Below the pieces are notes generated by a model. It made no database searches. It was not told the origin of the DNA and saw only the letters and a list, made by a program, of their open reading frames with translations. Made by a program: the position numbers and the translations under genes. 64,000 nucleotides of DNA. Source: Laetmonice hystrix. Taxonomy: Eukaryota. The DNA lies in NCBI GenBank assembly GCA_965235115.1, contig OZ249446.1, positions 14,012,001-14,076,000 of the forward strand, in the 5' to 3' direction. Position 1 is the first letter of the stretch. Each line of letters opens with the position of its first letter. Below are positions 13,591-28,269 of this stretch, piece by piece.

Positions 13591-14277
13591 CCGCCCGTAC
13601 ATACTAAAATTACTCTCCTTTGACTTTTTCAGATTGACAACCCGCCACTCACACGAAACGGCTAAAACCAGGACATGTATAATTCTTTGCACTGTAATTA
13701 CTTTGCCTATTTTTCCTTACAGCGTTATTTCTTTATTATTCCCTTAATATCGTTTCAGTGTCAATTTCAATTGCTCCCAGCGCATCTCACTTTCCACTTT
13801 CAATTCACAATTCACTCAGCAACTCTTTAGGCCGGAAGTTCTAGCTTCATTTGTTTAGATGTGTGTCCATGGGGATTCTCAAAATGACCTTCTCACGGCC
13901 AAAAGCGAATTTTTTTTACGGCCGTCTTGATTTCGAAACATACTTTACAACAACAATAAGGAAGTAACGTGGGTGTCCCAGCTCCAACGAAGAAATCCAG
14001 ACATCCCTGATTTCAAGGCTGAGTCATGGTAGGGGTGTAAACTCTTTCCATTCGGTATAATTAGGCCCCGGACTATGGAACCTATAGTGCTTCCTTAAAT
14101 TGGTTTTAATACGTCTTCATGGAACTATATTTAGTTTATGTGAAAGTCACGCCCGTCGTGAACTGCAATCATGATTATATCCGGCCTACGCGTCATTTCG
14201 TGTACAAGTTTTGGTTTCTACTTCCACCTGTCCATGTAACTCAGCCGCTGTAACATTAACATGTCACAGCACACTGT

Positions 14278-14390
14278 CTGAAAATCAGCCGCTGTCTCAA
14301 AACCAGCCACTCTCTCAAAACCAACCGCTATATATCAAAACCAGCCGATGTCTATCAAAACCAGCCACTGTCTTTTAAAAGCCAGCCTGA
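14278..14390. repeat. Short degenerate ~20-bp tandem (aaaaccagcc.ctgtct), ~6 copies
   Basis: The aaaaccagcc core recurs in the sequence. Confidence 0.7.
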
Positions 14391-15564
14391 GTTTCGAAAG
14401 TGGCCGCTCCTCTGCACCAATCACATGCAGACCTTAAACTCTCCTGGAGATACTGCAGCAGCAAACACTATACGTTAACTACTAACGGAGAGACACTGGT
14501 TCTCATCTTGACGTGCCGTCAATGATCAGGACGGCTCTCAACCCTTCTGTAACAACCATGAGACAACATCCGACCATTCCCTAATGCCCCCACTCAGTAC
14601 CCCCGGGAGCTTCCGCTACCTACTAATTTCTCCTGCCGAGATAACCCTCTTGTCGACATTTAGGACCTCACGTATTTCAAATGTCAAGGACAAGACCGCA
14701 GACATTGTGGTTAGCGCCAAGTCTGGACAACGGATACAACGCCAGACATGAGACTGAAGGCGCATCAAAAAGGCGGAGAAAATCGAAAAGATTCAAGGTC
14801 AGAAAAAAGGCAGAAATCGCCCAATACGGGAAAACTGTTTTGTCTGTAACCCTGTATACAAACTATATGAGATGCTGGTCCACAGAATTCTCACTGCACA
14901 GCGGCCGAGGACTGCAATCAACCTGTCTTGAAATTGGCCACAGATTCCAGTTTCGAGTTCATAATGGTGACCATTCTGTCATGTCTAGTCAATGGAACAT
15001 AAGGCCCGATCTCCCGATGGCATGAATAGGTTTCAACCTGACTCAAGCCTTTAAATACTGTTACAGCTCTCACTACTGAAGCCGTATAACATAGAATGTT
15101 CTCACCCACCGCTGGTCAAATTTCAACCAATGAGAGTACGACCGTAGCCTAGCAGACCTAACCCACTTACTGTCCTAAATATGTCTGTGATACCTGATAA
15201 CAATAATAACTGACCACCCTTTCACGAGACAGGAAGGTATCCTAAACAGACCCTATACCGTACAACAAACATATACTTGATCACAAAGGCACGCAAAGTC
15301 AAAATGGACAAGAATAAATGCAACAAAGACTCAATATACAATCACTGTTGGAACGCTGCCACAGCCATGGTTCCCTACCAATTGTCTCGTCGGTATTCCC
15401 ACCTTAACCTTGTCTGTGGTCTGTAACCAGGTCGGGGGGGGGGGAGCATAACTTTGAGCTAAGGATCGGTCATCTCAGGCGATCAGTCACGGCTTCACAC
15501 TTCATCGCCGCCACAAACCTCTACCACCTGCTTGTAAACATTAGCTATATTCACACTTCGCCGC

Positions 15565-15965
15565 CACCATCTGCACGTCACCACTGCGAGATTCACACTT
15601 TTACTGTCACCATCTGCACGTCAGCACTGCGAGATTCAGACTTTTACTGTCACCATCTGCACGTCAGCACTGCGAGATTCAGACTTTTACTGTCACCATC
15701 TGCACGTCAGCACTGCAAGATTCAGACTTTTACTGTCACCATCTGCACGTCAGCACTGCGAGATTCAGACTTTTACTGTCACCATCTGCACGTCAGCACT
15801 GCAAGATTCAGACTTTTACTGTTACCATCTGCACGTCAGCACTGCAAGATTCACACTTTTACTGTCACCATCTGCACGTCAGCACTGCAAGATTCACACT
15901 TTTACTGTCACCATCTGCACCTCACCATAGCCAGATTCACTCTTACCGCCACCATCTGCACAACA
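15565..15965. repeat. Minisatellite, 43-bp unit (caccatctgcacgtcagcactgcgagattcagacttttactgt), ~9 copies
   Basis: Period of 43 measured (15608 to 15651). Confidence 0.95.
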
Positions 15966-18372
15966 CTATTGCCACTTCGGGCCATGTTTGCCTTCTGTGT
16001 TTGGAGCCTGATGTTCGCTTTAGAAAATACTTTGGCCAAAAAGTCCATCTCTGGGATTAACCGTGCCTCTGTGTGTGTCTGTGGGCAGATGGCGCGGCTT
16101 TCATCTCGGCCTCCGACAGCAGGCGGATTATTATTGAATTAAATAGCAGAAAATCATTTCTGAAATACTCAGTTCCTACAATCAGCAATTCGAGATTATT
16201 CCCCTCCTGGATCAGCCCGCATTCTGAATATATGTGTGCACAGGTGGACTGAAAGGTGATTAATTCGGTGTGCAAATAACAAACCCAGAAAAGGGTCTCA
16301 CAGCACAGTACTATGGACCGCTACATCAACAAGGTAGAATAGCGATAGAATGGGGACACTAGGACTATTCCAATAACCTGAGTACTGTGGCAAGCCTGGT
16401 ATTCTGAAGATATTGTCATGTTGTTATTATACACGAATATTATCATACATTATCATATATTAGTTCTTAATATGTTATCATACATTAATTCTCCATAAAA
16501 TATCGCCACTCCCCATATTCACGGATTATTTTTCTGGCGATGACGTTTGTAGAATGCTGACGGTCTAAAATAGAAACAACTCGTTCTTTCTGGGGTCGCG
16601 GCAGGTGAACAGTGACTGGCAGCAGACATGTGTCTGTTTAAAACACTTAACGGGGCGCCATTCTTCTGTCACATGGATTCAACACAACGGTCGACCTTCC
16701 GACGACCTCGGAGAACGTCTCCAAGGTCAAGGCCACCGCTGGCCAGCCGACCACAAAACGCACAATGGTGCAATGTCATAAACTTGATACCGGCTGTATC
16801 CCATTTAGAGGTCAATATATCTTCTGATTCTCTTGCTCCCCGACGTCCATGAGGTGTGATCTAGTTTCTTTTGGGGAGTTCTTTTTCAGTCTCTTCAACT
16901 CTCCACCAGATTAAAGGCCACAGGGTCCAATTTTAGGAACCGGGTCAAAATTGAACAGGACCGTAGCCAGCCCACAAAATCAGAGAAGGCAGCCTCAGCC
17001 TCAGCCTGCATGGCTATGGCCTTGTACCGTCTCGTCCCCATGCAGGCCGCCTCGTGCATGGTCGCTGCCTATGTGTGGCCCAGAATCAGAGGAGGCTGCC
17101 TCCTCTGCCTCAGCCTGGCTTCGGCCCCAGATTAGCCGGTTCTCTAACGTCGGATGTCAATCTGGCCCGTGGCTCATGATAAACCAATAATTTCACAACA
17201 ATCTTATATTGGGTATGAGCATCACTGAATTGTTCTGACCAAATACAAGCACGGCCACGGCATGCACGAAACCACAACAGACTGCACAGGTTCCACAGGA
17301 GTCACCTTTTTGTCCAAACAACCCAACCATAATTTCTGTATAAGTCGGTGGGTCCGGCCGGCTGGACAAGCCTGGGATGAGGACCATACTGGGTGAAGAG
17401 TTATTCCACGCTAGTCTCTGGCTCAATCTGGCTGCGGGGAAGGAGGACTCAGGTTGGCTCCCTCCACGCCCCTAACCAGGGTGTTCTTGAGGCGGGGTAC
17501 TCCACCCTCTGTGACCTCCTCGCGTCCTTAGCGTCTCTGGCTTGTATCCACGCTCCTACTGACGTTTCAGACTACTTTCTACAGATATTGTTTTCTTCGG
17601 AGGAAATCACAACCTTCCATATCTGCAGTCTCAAGTAGAAAAAATGAGGGACCTGCCACATAAAAGTTGAGGGAACGAAGGGTTAGTTACATTGAAACAA
17701 CTTTAAAACATTGGCACAGTTCCACAGTACTGCCATACATTTGTATTCCGGTTAATCTAAGCCCTGACAAGTTCTGCTGGAACAACTCTGGACTTAAAAA
17801 ACATTGAAAAACGATAGGAATTCTCAAAATATTTTTGTTGAAATATTTCTCTACCGCTTCACATGACACCTGGAAACAGCCTCGACAACCGTGACGACAA
17901 GAAAATATACAGATCCGGAGTTTTACAGTGAGAAACCCAGGTCGTCGCATGTATGCAGGAGAAAGAAGATCCCGTCATAGGATCATCGGATTTCACGGAA
18001 AAAATAGTTTATAAAGCAATCCCATCTAAGGTCACAGTCTCTAGCAGGCGCCTGACCTCTGATCTCCGTGGTATATGGTTGCCATGGCTACAAGGCTTTA
18101 ATTGGACATGGGTGTTGTGTTGGCCTGTAAAGTGTGGGGGTGGGGCTCATGTAAATTTAGCCCCATGACGACCGTCACCCTGGGGAGTTCCCCCGTGAGG
18201 TAAGTGTGTGTCAGGAAAACTGTCCCATCAAATCCAGTTAGGCTCGCAATGATGGCTGGCCATAATCAAATAGTCTCCCTCCAAAAATGCTGCAGCGTGG
18301 AGACTGGATGAAACGTTAGACGTCTGGCCGCCCAAGCCTCTCAGCATCCTCCCACACACACAGTACGGGCGG

Positions 18373-18392
18373 GCAGTGCCCCCTGGTGGCCA
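18373..18392 (-). promoter_or_regulatory. CTCF-type motif
   Basis: Minus strand TGGCCACCAGGGGGCACTGC, essentially the bilaterian CTCF consensus. Confidence 0.7.
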
Positions 18393-19319
18393 GCACATCT
18401 ACTCCCGATATTTTATATTCTGTGAACTTTGATCGCCACTGTGGCGCTATCGAATGGTAAAGTTTTTGGTGAGTTCACACAACCCCTTGGCCCACACTGA
18501 CACCTCGCTGCTACCAATAGTCCTAAACAACATCGGCAGTTTCAAAACGATACCACAGAACTCCTTTCCTAGGACTTGAACACTAAAATCATTCACCTTT
18601 TGAGGTCTTTACGAGTTATGCTGGCATGTATTGTGAACACAACAAAAGCGTTTTGTATCCAGGATTCTGATCATGACAAAACAATGGAGAGAGTACTTGA
18701 AACAGAAACAACAGTGGCATCTGTCGCCGACTGAACCGAGGGCATTTCGTATTCAAGCGTACTTGATACATATTATTACATCATGGCAAATCAAGAATAA
18801 ATTTTTATAATTATAATACGAAACACACAATCCATCATGTCCCCGACGACTCTGACAATGTTGAATATGACCTTACAGTTACACTCAAGTTACTGAGACT
18901 GCGTTGTACTATTATATGAATCTACCTTGATGATCAGTGTAATAAATTGTGGTAACTGTTTTGGAGTACTCTCAGCCTTTGCCTTAGACTTGCCTGATGT
19001 TAGACCAACTGTATGATTACTTACGTATAAGGCATAACTCGCATGAATCGCTTGGGGGTTTAAACAACTTTTGTTGTGAAACCCCGTCAACTAACAACGT
19101 TTCTAAAGGTTTTATAGCCTGAAGAGGTTAAAAACACCAGTCGGAAATATAAAAAAAATCCTGCCTGGCACTAAAAAATTCTCCGAATGTATTACCCATG
19201 TGGTGCCCAAGGCAGCCACCCGGTGAGAGAGGGTGAGACTGACAGGACAGGGTGGGGTTAGGGGTGTGTTCACAGGGTTTATGGATCAGGGTTGGCGATC
19301 TGAAGGTCAGGATCGCTGC

Positions 19320-19333
19320 ATCTCCATGGTAAC
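19320..19333. promoter_or_regulatory. RFX X-box-like motif
   Basis: ATCTCCATGGTAAC, with an ETS-like cacttcctg about 20 bp downstream. Confidence 0.4.
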
Positions 19334-19783
19334 CGTTGGCATAGTACCTGACACTTCCTGCTCCGACTATTTCCTCCCATCATCAATGTCACCAAGGTGA
19401 ACTTTTCCAAACTTCTCTGCTCTATCTCCCTGCTCGCCACGCTTTCGCAACGATTTCATGGAATGTTCACTTGGAAAGTAAACTGGGCCCGCCGGAGACA
19501 TACACAAAGCTTTTTCTAATCGTGTACTAAACTGTTATCAGATATGCCTTTACAGAAACAGCCGTTAACTTACCCCATTATACGTACCTACAAGACGTCA
19601 GATCTCAAACCAGGATAGAATATTCAATAAACTGGTCACTGCCACCAGACTCGGATCCCTTCCACCTCCCTCGAAATGAATTCGGCAAGTTTTAGCTCAT
19701 GCTACTGTTGCCTCCGATGTCCTCCAGCACTCAAACAAAATTGACACTTTCTAATCTCTGGTGCCCCGGTGAGGCAGGGATAC

Positions 19784-19797
19784 GTTGTCATGGTAAC
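19784..19797. promoter_or_regulatory. RFX X-box
   Basis: GTTGTCATGGTAAC, followed by three AGGTC[A/G] nuclear-receptor half-sites (19825-19860). Confidence 0.55.
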
Positions 19798-22455
19798 AAG
19801 GTGGACAACTCTCTGACCTCCCGTCAAGGTCAAATCGACAAGGTCAGCTTGAGGTCGCCGAATACCTCACTGTGGAGACTAACTGCAGACTCATTGGCAC
19901 CGTTCACATAACTTGAGAAAATCAATGGCAAGGAAGCTTTGCCCAACTTTTTTATATTTCGTGTATCTGAACCGATTAAACGTTGTTTGGTTTTCATAAA
20001 TTGCCATCCTGCAAGACGTCACGTCGGCAATATCTCAGCTCCTTATGCATACTTCATCTAGATTTTCCTGCGAAGGCATTTTTTGTTATGTTTACACACT
20101 ACGACAATCTTCCAGACCTGTCTACTTCAGATCCTTCCATAAAAAAGTGCTTTTATCAATGTTTCCTTTTTTTACAATTACAGATCTATCAACCGTTTGT
20201 CGTTTTACATTATTTAGAAAACACTCTCCATAACATGCAGTTATTTGTTCTGCACAATACAAGCATGATGAATTTCTAAATCATACCAGACATGGGAATT
20301 GTACAGGAAGAACGCAATGACTCCACTGTAACTACGTACTTCCACATACGGTATACTAACAGAAGTAACAAAGTAACATAACTGTTAAAGAGAGCCATGA
20401 ATGATAGCAAATCACCCCCCCCCCCCCAATACAACCAACATTTCAATGGTACCAAAAATCCGTTTATGAATAAATGGCCCCAAAAATAGATGTTAATTCC
20501 TTCCAATTCGGTCCGAATTGATAAATGTTTACACACACAGCCAGTGCAGTTCCGACTACCTGCTTTGTTACATTGTCAAATATATTCTCAGACTTGCGGC
20601 CATTGCCATTTTAAAATAGTCATCAACATCAGGGCTACGATTGACTCACTGATTGTATTTTTGCGGTTAGATAATGGACACAATTCTTGCGCCTCTTTAA
20701 ATCTCAGCTTCGAGAAAATCTAAATTGGATCTGTCTCAGAAACGTGTGATGACAAAGAGTATGTATAGATCTGTCTTCACCATACTGCCTGAATATATCT
20801 GTGGTGTATGCCTTTTGTCATCTTTACCCTCCGTTAAACCTACTTCATATTGAAGGTAAAGAAATACTGGGGGACTCCCACGACATGTTACCCGCCCCTT
20901 ACAGACCTCTGACATATGCAGGCTGAGTCGGAACAAAAGTCTCCTGATGTCAACTCCTCATTAGTGCCTGCCTTGACGTCGCAATTAGCTGCATTACGTA
21001 AAACGCGATTAACATGGGTGACTAAAATATCGGAGACATCAGGAAATGAGAGGCACATTTGTCTCAAATACGATTCCTAAGTGGATTTTATTAGACATCT
21101 TTATATTTTGGTGTTGGAAAGCCATCATTCCATTCATTTTCAAGATAATAATAAGGGTTATGCTCCTGCTCCATGTTTGATACAGATGTCAGGTTGAAGA
21201 AGATGGATAAATTCATGGGGCTACATCATAACTTGAAATCTTCCTGTTATTCATATCTGAATGTTATATCAAAGTTTTGTTGTTTGCTATATAGCTATAC
21301 ACTAAAAGACTAGGGACTAGGTCTGAGACTTAAGTTAACTGTCATGTTCTTGCTAAAAACGATTCTGTTTTCTTCAACTTTACAACACATAAAGATGAGC
21401 TGCTTTAAAAACTTTCTTCTGTCGTACAAAATATCTGAACCTTGAGACTGACACTAATTCAGCGCGTGTCACCGTATTTCTGACGTCTTCAGTGTCCTTG
21501 TCACCCGACCTTCCACCTCCAAGGGTCCGCCGACTACGATATCAGGCACACTGAGATTAAGTCATTATAATTTGATAGATTACAAATATGTTATATCAAA
21601 GTACCGGTAAGAAGTTTGTCAGATCGGTCTAACCTTACGACAGGTACTTCTAGAGTCAGTAATTATACTCCTGACAGATTATCGATAATCCACCTAAACG
21701 TATCGGTAAAAAGGTCATCACGAGCAGCAAGTAGATCTTTCCTCCCACTCGCCACCTTTGGGTGTCACGCCCCCGCTCATATTCTCCTTTACTGATATGG
21801 TTTGCACGTCTCCTCTGTTTTCCCCCACAAATTTTTTTCTACGAGAATTGATAAGCAACGCAGATGAACAATACACGTAGGCCTATATACTCTTTAAACA
21901 TACCTCATGCTGTGAGAATACTGCTGATACAGCTTATGAATTAAAAGTAATCAGAGATCCCCATATGGTAAATTGACTTGCAAGATTCCAGTTTAGACAT
22001 GATCTAGCAAACCCTTCTAATGCACTTAACATCGCTCAGCCACCAGTCGCACTCACCAAGCTGGGCCATTCTCTAAACATCTGTGCTTCGAGAGGTTAAC
22101 TTCTTAATTAACTGTATCAAACTGTCGCCATGCACCAGCAGAACCTAGGTCGTACGGTTCATGTCAAGTCCTTGTCAATATTCAGTGGCAATCGAACGCC
22201 AGATCCTGTCCTAAATGGCTGTCAGGTGATGGAAGATTTTCTAAACTGTTTTAAAAAAAAAATTCTTTACTCATCATTGCTCACCCTGTTTCCAAAACAT
22301 TTCCCAAATGTTCAAATGTTCATTACGCAGCTGTCTGCGCATCTTGTCGGCTGTTGCCGTGACGACGAGCAAGGGCCAGGGGTCAAAGGCCCTAGGCCAC
22401 TTAGCAACCATACCACAAGGTGGTCCAACAACGTCTCCTGGCAACTCCTGCCACC

Positions 22456-22469
22456 GTCACCATGGCAAC
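22456..22469. promoter_or_regulatory. RFX X-box
   Basis: GTCACCATGGCAAC, a near-perfect palindromic X-box. Confidence 0.55.
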
Positions 22470-22584
22470 CGTCCGTCAGATGTCAGCGGCAGTGTCATTC
22501 CTGTCATATACCCGCTATGTTTGACATCAAAGGAGACGGGCGCGATGACATGTTGGGCCGTACACCTGGTATTGATGACACAAT

Positions 22585-25500
22585 CAATATAACGGGACGG
22601 AAGGCTGGCCGGGAGCTGGGTCCCAAACCACTCCCACATCTCTACTACATCTCTTACCGTGTCTCTAACAATATACACCATCAATATAACGGGACGGAAG
22701 GCTGGCCGGGAGCTGGGTCCCACACCACTCCCACATCTCTACTACATCTCTTACCGTGTCTCTAACAATATACACCATCAATATAACGGGACGGAAGGCT
22801 GGCCGGGAGCTGGGTCCCACACCACTCCCACATCTCTACTACATCTCTTACCGTGTCTCTAACAATATACACCATCAATATAACGGGACGGAAGGCTGGC
22901 CGGGAGCTGGGTCCCACACCACTCCTACATCTCTACTACATCTCTTACCGTGTCTCTAACAATATACACCATCAATATAACGGGCCGGAAGGCTGGCCGG
23001 GAGCTGGGTCCCACACCACTCCCACATCTCTACTACATCTCTTACCGTGTCTCTTACAATATACACCATCAATATAACGGGCCGGAAGGCTGGCCGGGAG
23101 CTGGGTCCCACACCACTCCCACATCTCTACAACATCTCTTACCGTGTCTCTAACAATATACACCATCAATATAACGGGCCGGAAGGCTGGCCGGGAGCTG
23201 GGTCCCACACCACTCCCACATCTCTACTACATCTCTTACCGTGTCTCTTACAATATACACCATCAATATAACGGGACGGAAGGCTGGCCGGGAGCTGGGT
23301 CCCACACCACTCCCACATCTCTACTACATCTCTTACCGTGTCTCTTACAATATACACCATCAATATAACGGGACGGAAGGCTGGCCGGGAGCTGGGTCCC
23401 ACACCACTCCCACATCTCTACTACATCTCTTACCGTGTCTCTAACAATATACACCATCAATATAACGGGCCGGAAGGCTGGCCGGGAGCTGGGTCCCACA
23501 CCACTCCCACATCTCTACTACATCTCTTACCGTGTCTCTAACAATATACACCATCAATATAACGGGACGGAAGGCTGGCCGGGAGCTGGGTCCCACACCA
23601 CTCCCACATCTCTACTACATCTCTTACCGTGTCTCTAACAGTATACACCATCAATATAACGGGACGGAAGGCTGGCCGGGAGCTGGGCCCCACACCACTC
23701 CCACATCTCTACTACATCTCTTACCGTGTCTCTAACAATATACACCATCAATATAACGGGACGGAAGGCTGGCCGGGAGCTGGATCCCACACCACTCCCA
23801 CATCTCTACAACATCTCTTACCGTGTCTCTAACAATATACACCATCAATATAACGGGACGGAAGGCTGGCCGGGAGCTGGGTCCCACACCACTCCCACAT
23901 CTCTACTACATCTCTTACCGTGTCTCTAACAATATACACCATCAATATAACGGGACGGAAGGCTGGCCGGGAGCTGGGTCCCACACCACTCCCACATCTC
24001 TACTACATCTCTTACCGTGTCTCTAACAATATACACCATCAATATAACGGGACGGAAGGCTGGCCGGGAGCTGGGTCCCACACCACTCCCACATCTCTAC
24101 TACATCTCTTACCGTGTCTCTAACAATATACACCATCAATATAACGGGACGGAAGGCTGGCCGGGAGCTGGGTCCCACACCACTCCCACATCTCTACTAC
24201 ATCTCTTACCGTGTCTCTAACAATATACACCATCAATATAACGGGACGGAAGGCTGGCCGGGAGCTGGGTCCCACACCACTCCCACATCTCTACTACATC
24301 TCTTACCGTGTCTCTAACAATATACACCATCAATATAACGGGACGGAAGGCTGGCCGGGAGCTGGGTCCCACACCACTCCCACATCTCTACAACATCTCT
24401 TACCGTGTCTCTAACAATATACACCATCAATATAACGGGACGGAAGGCTGGCCGGGAGCTGGGTCCCACACCACTCCCACATCTCTACTACATCTCTTAC
24501 CGTGTCTCTAACAATATACACAATCAATATAACGGGACGGAAGGCTGGCCGGGAGCTGGGTCCCACACCACTCCCACATCTCTACTACATCTCTTACCGT
24601 GTCTCTAACAATATACACCATCGATATAACGGGACGGAAGGCTGGCCGGGAGCTGGGTCCCACACCACTCCCACATCTCTACAACATCTCTTACCGTGTC
24701 TCTAACAATATACACCATCAATATAACGGGACGGAAGGCTGGCCGGGAGCTGGGTCCCACACCACTCCCACATCTCTACTACATCTCTTACCGTGTCTCT
24801 AACAGTATACACCATCAATATAACGGGACGGAAGGCTGGCCGGGAGCTGGGTCCCACACCACTCCCACATCTCTACTACATCTCTTACCGTGTCTCTAAC
24901 AATATACACCATCAATATAACGGGACGGAAGGCTGGCCGGGAGCTGGGTCCCACACCACTCCCACATCTCTACTACATCTCTTACCGTGTCTCTAACAAT
25001 ATACACCATCAATATAACGGGACGGAAGGCTGGCCGGGAGCTGGGTCCCACACCACTCCCACATCTCTACTACATCTCTTACCGTGTCTCTAACAATATA
25101 CACCATCAATATAACGGGACGGAAGGCTGGCCGGGAGCTGGGTCCCACACCACTCCCACATCTCTACTACATCTCTTACCGTGTCTCTAACAATATACAC
25201 CATCAATATAACGGGACGGAAGGCTGGCCGGGAGCTGGGTCCCACACCACTCCCACATCTCTACTACATCTCTTACCGTGTCTCTAACAATATACACCAT
25301 CAATATAACGGGACGGAAGGCTGGCCGGGAGCTGGGTCCCACACCACTCCCACATCTCTACTACATCTCTTACCGAGTCTCTAACAATATACACCATCAA
25401 TATAACGGGACGGAAGGCTGGCCGGGAGCTGGGTCCCACACCACTCCCACATCTCTACTACATCTCTTACCGTGTCTCTAACAATATACACCATCAATAT

Positions 25501-26462
25501 AACGGGACGGAAGGCTGGCCGGGAGCTGGGTCCCACACCACTCCCACATCTCTACTACATCTCTTACCGTGTCTCTAACAATATACACCATCAATATAAC
25601 GGGCCGGAAGGCTGGCCGGGAGCTGGGTCCCACACCACTCCCACATCTCTACTACATCTCTTACCGTGTCTCTAACAATATACACCATCAATATAACGGG
25701 ACGGAAGGCTGGCCGGGAGCTGGGTCCCACACCACTCCCACATCTCTACAACATCTCTTACCGTGTCTCTAACAATATACACCATCAATATAACGGGACG
25801 GAAGGCTGGCCGGGAGCTGGGTCCCACACCACTCCCACATCTCTACAACATCTCTTACCGTGTCTCTAACAATATACACCATCAATATAACGGGACGGAA
25901 GGCTGGCCGGGAGCTGGGTCCCACACCACTCCCACATCTCTACTACATCTCTTATCGTGTCTCTAACAATATACACCATCAATATAACGGGCCGGAAGGC
26001 TGGCCGGGAGCTGGGTCCCACACCACTCCCACATCTCTACTACATCTCTTACCGTGTCTCTAACAATATACACCATCAATATAACGGGACAGAAGGCTGG
26101 CCGGGAGCTGGGTCCCACACCACTCCCACATCTCTACTACATCTCTTACCGTGTCTCTAACAATATACACCATCAATATAACGGGACGGAAGGCTGGCCG
26201 GGAGCTGGGTCCCACACCACTCCCACATCTCTACAACATCTCTTACCGTGTCTCTAACAATATATACCATCAATATAACGGGACGGAAGGCTGGCCGGGA
26301 GCTGGGTCCCACACCACTCCCACATCTCTACAACATCTCTTACCGTGTCTCTAACAATATATACCATCAATATAACGGGACGGAAGGCTGGCCGGGAGCT
26401 GGGTCCCACACCACTCCCACATCTCTACTATATTTCTCATATCGTGTTTCTAACAATATACA
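22585..26462. repeat. Satellite/minisatellite, 97-bp unit, 40 copies, highly homogeneous
   Basis: The unit caatataacgggacggaaggctggccgggagctgggtcccacaccactcccacatctctactacatctcttaccgtgtctctaacaatatacaccat repeats head-to-tail with only point variants. The ORF track repeats every 97 bp. Confidence 0.98.
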
Positions 26463-28269
26463 AATCTTGCGCTGAGCAACAGCGGTAAGATAACTGGACG
26501 GCCCGGGGTGCAGGATCCCCTAATATAAGTGAAGCCCAATGTGATTTTTTCACTGTTAGGTCTTATTGCCAAATATGAAATTTATACCTTGATGAAGAGA
26601 GTCGTAATGGCAGAGAGACTCGAGGTATAACATGTATCAGGGATACGAGCTACATTAAACCAAGCACATACTGCACCAGCTGCACTACTTTAATCAGGAC
26701 GATAATGGCTCGGTCTGAATAAAGTACTGAGAACATACAGAACACCGGGCTGGTTTAATGAACGGCGGGAAAAAACGGGGGAAAAAATATTGAAATAAGT
26801 CACCCGGGAATTACTAATAGACACGAATTACATGCTCTCCCACATCGTTCATTGAACGATTATGCAGCACGTAGTAAAAGAGATCTTTAATGACGCACAG
26901 TGCATGGATTCAGCTGCGCCCGTCGATTGGAATATTTTGCTCAGTTGTGGCTGTAAGAAGTTTGATAAGAGGCCCTGCACACCCCCATCTACCAGCCGCC
27001 GTGAACAATATTGCTCGCCCCCTGACCTCCGGTTCCCTGTCCCAGCCACCTAACAACAGCTCCCCTGGTGGTGGTCACTGTATTAACTCTATCCCTCTTT
27101 AGGCCGGACCGTCTCTCCACGAGGCCATCTGGCGGCGGGTGGTGGAGTGACAGAGCCCGGTGCTTTATGGGATTACCATACGGTGGGCGTCGTGAACACT
27201 AAAAGTCTACCGAACTATCAATAGCTGGCAATGTGTAGGAAGTCCAGGAAGGGTTATAATCATCTGCTATCTTTGAACCATTTAATGGGAACACCTTCAC
27301 TGTCTATAATACAAACAAGACGCAGCCTTGAAATGTATCCACGTGCGGGGAAGCAGACTGACATTTGACAAGACTGTGCGCACAGAATGTTTCAGAAACC
27401 CGAGTGGGGTGGTCAATTTGTTATTGCAGCATCAAAACTTCAACAGTCCGACCAGTTCACCCCCACCTGGGGGCTGTGGGCAAGGGCTGTCAGGGCGAGC
27501 TGGACGCGTGGGAAGGAGAGTGACCGGCCAGCTGGTGGGCAGTGCGTGGCTGGCTGACCACTTCAAGTAAAACGATGATGAGGTCGTTAATCGTTATAAA
27601 AGTGTTACCGGTGTGAGATGCAAAATGGACCCCCCATAATATATGGACCCCCGGTCCATATTTCACAGTGAAATATGGACTCCCCCCCATACGATATGGA
27701 CCCCCCCTCGGTTTTGCCTCTATTTTATACACAATGACTTGCCAAACTATAGCAATATTATACAAAACAATCATTTCTGTCAGTTTCCATAAAAAGTTGC
27801 TTATTAGTAGGCCTAGGATTTAGGCCTACATCATGCCCTAAGCCTGGACTCTGACCACTCATCCAACATTGTTTATGGCAGCTGGGTCCTGAATTAATGA
27901 CAGTAAAAATGTGTTAAAGGAGCTATATTATATTACTAGCTTTGAGTAGCATATGAAGTTATCCCTCTATTTTTCCGGGATGTAGGTCGAATTTAAATAG
28001 CGGAATGTGGACCCACCCCCCTCCCCACCCTCACCCCAGCTAATCTGCCCAGTTTATTTCCAAGGCCAGCGACAAGGAAGTTGCCCCGATGGACTATACT
28101 TCAAAGCTTGAAATCTTGATGAGCGAAACCTTGACAAACTGATATGTCTGAGTATGAGTATCATTTCTGTTATAAATAGGAGGCTCCAAATATATTTTGA
28201 CAATGAGCATAATCAAATACCTATAAGTGACATAAAAATCGTTGATTGTCCTCTCAACCCCAATAATAA

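Noticed and set aside
14681-15025. Gag-like zinc knuckle (RENCFVC) or a basic ORF
   Set aside because: The CCHC spacing is incomplete, adjacent frames have stops, and there are no flanking LTR or pol remnants.
22585-26462. CRISPR array, or a tandem family of 67-aa genes
   Set aside because: The units are contiguous with no unique spacers and there are no cas genes. The ORFs overlap each other at a 97-bp period (not a multiple of 3) and start at non-ATG codons.
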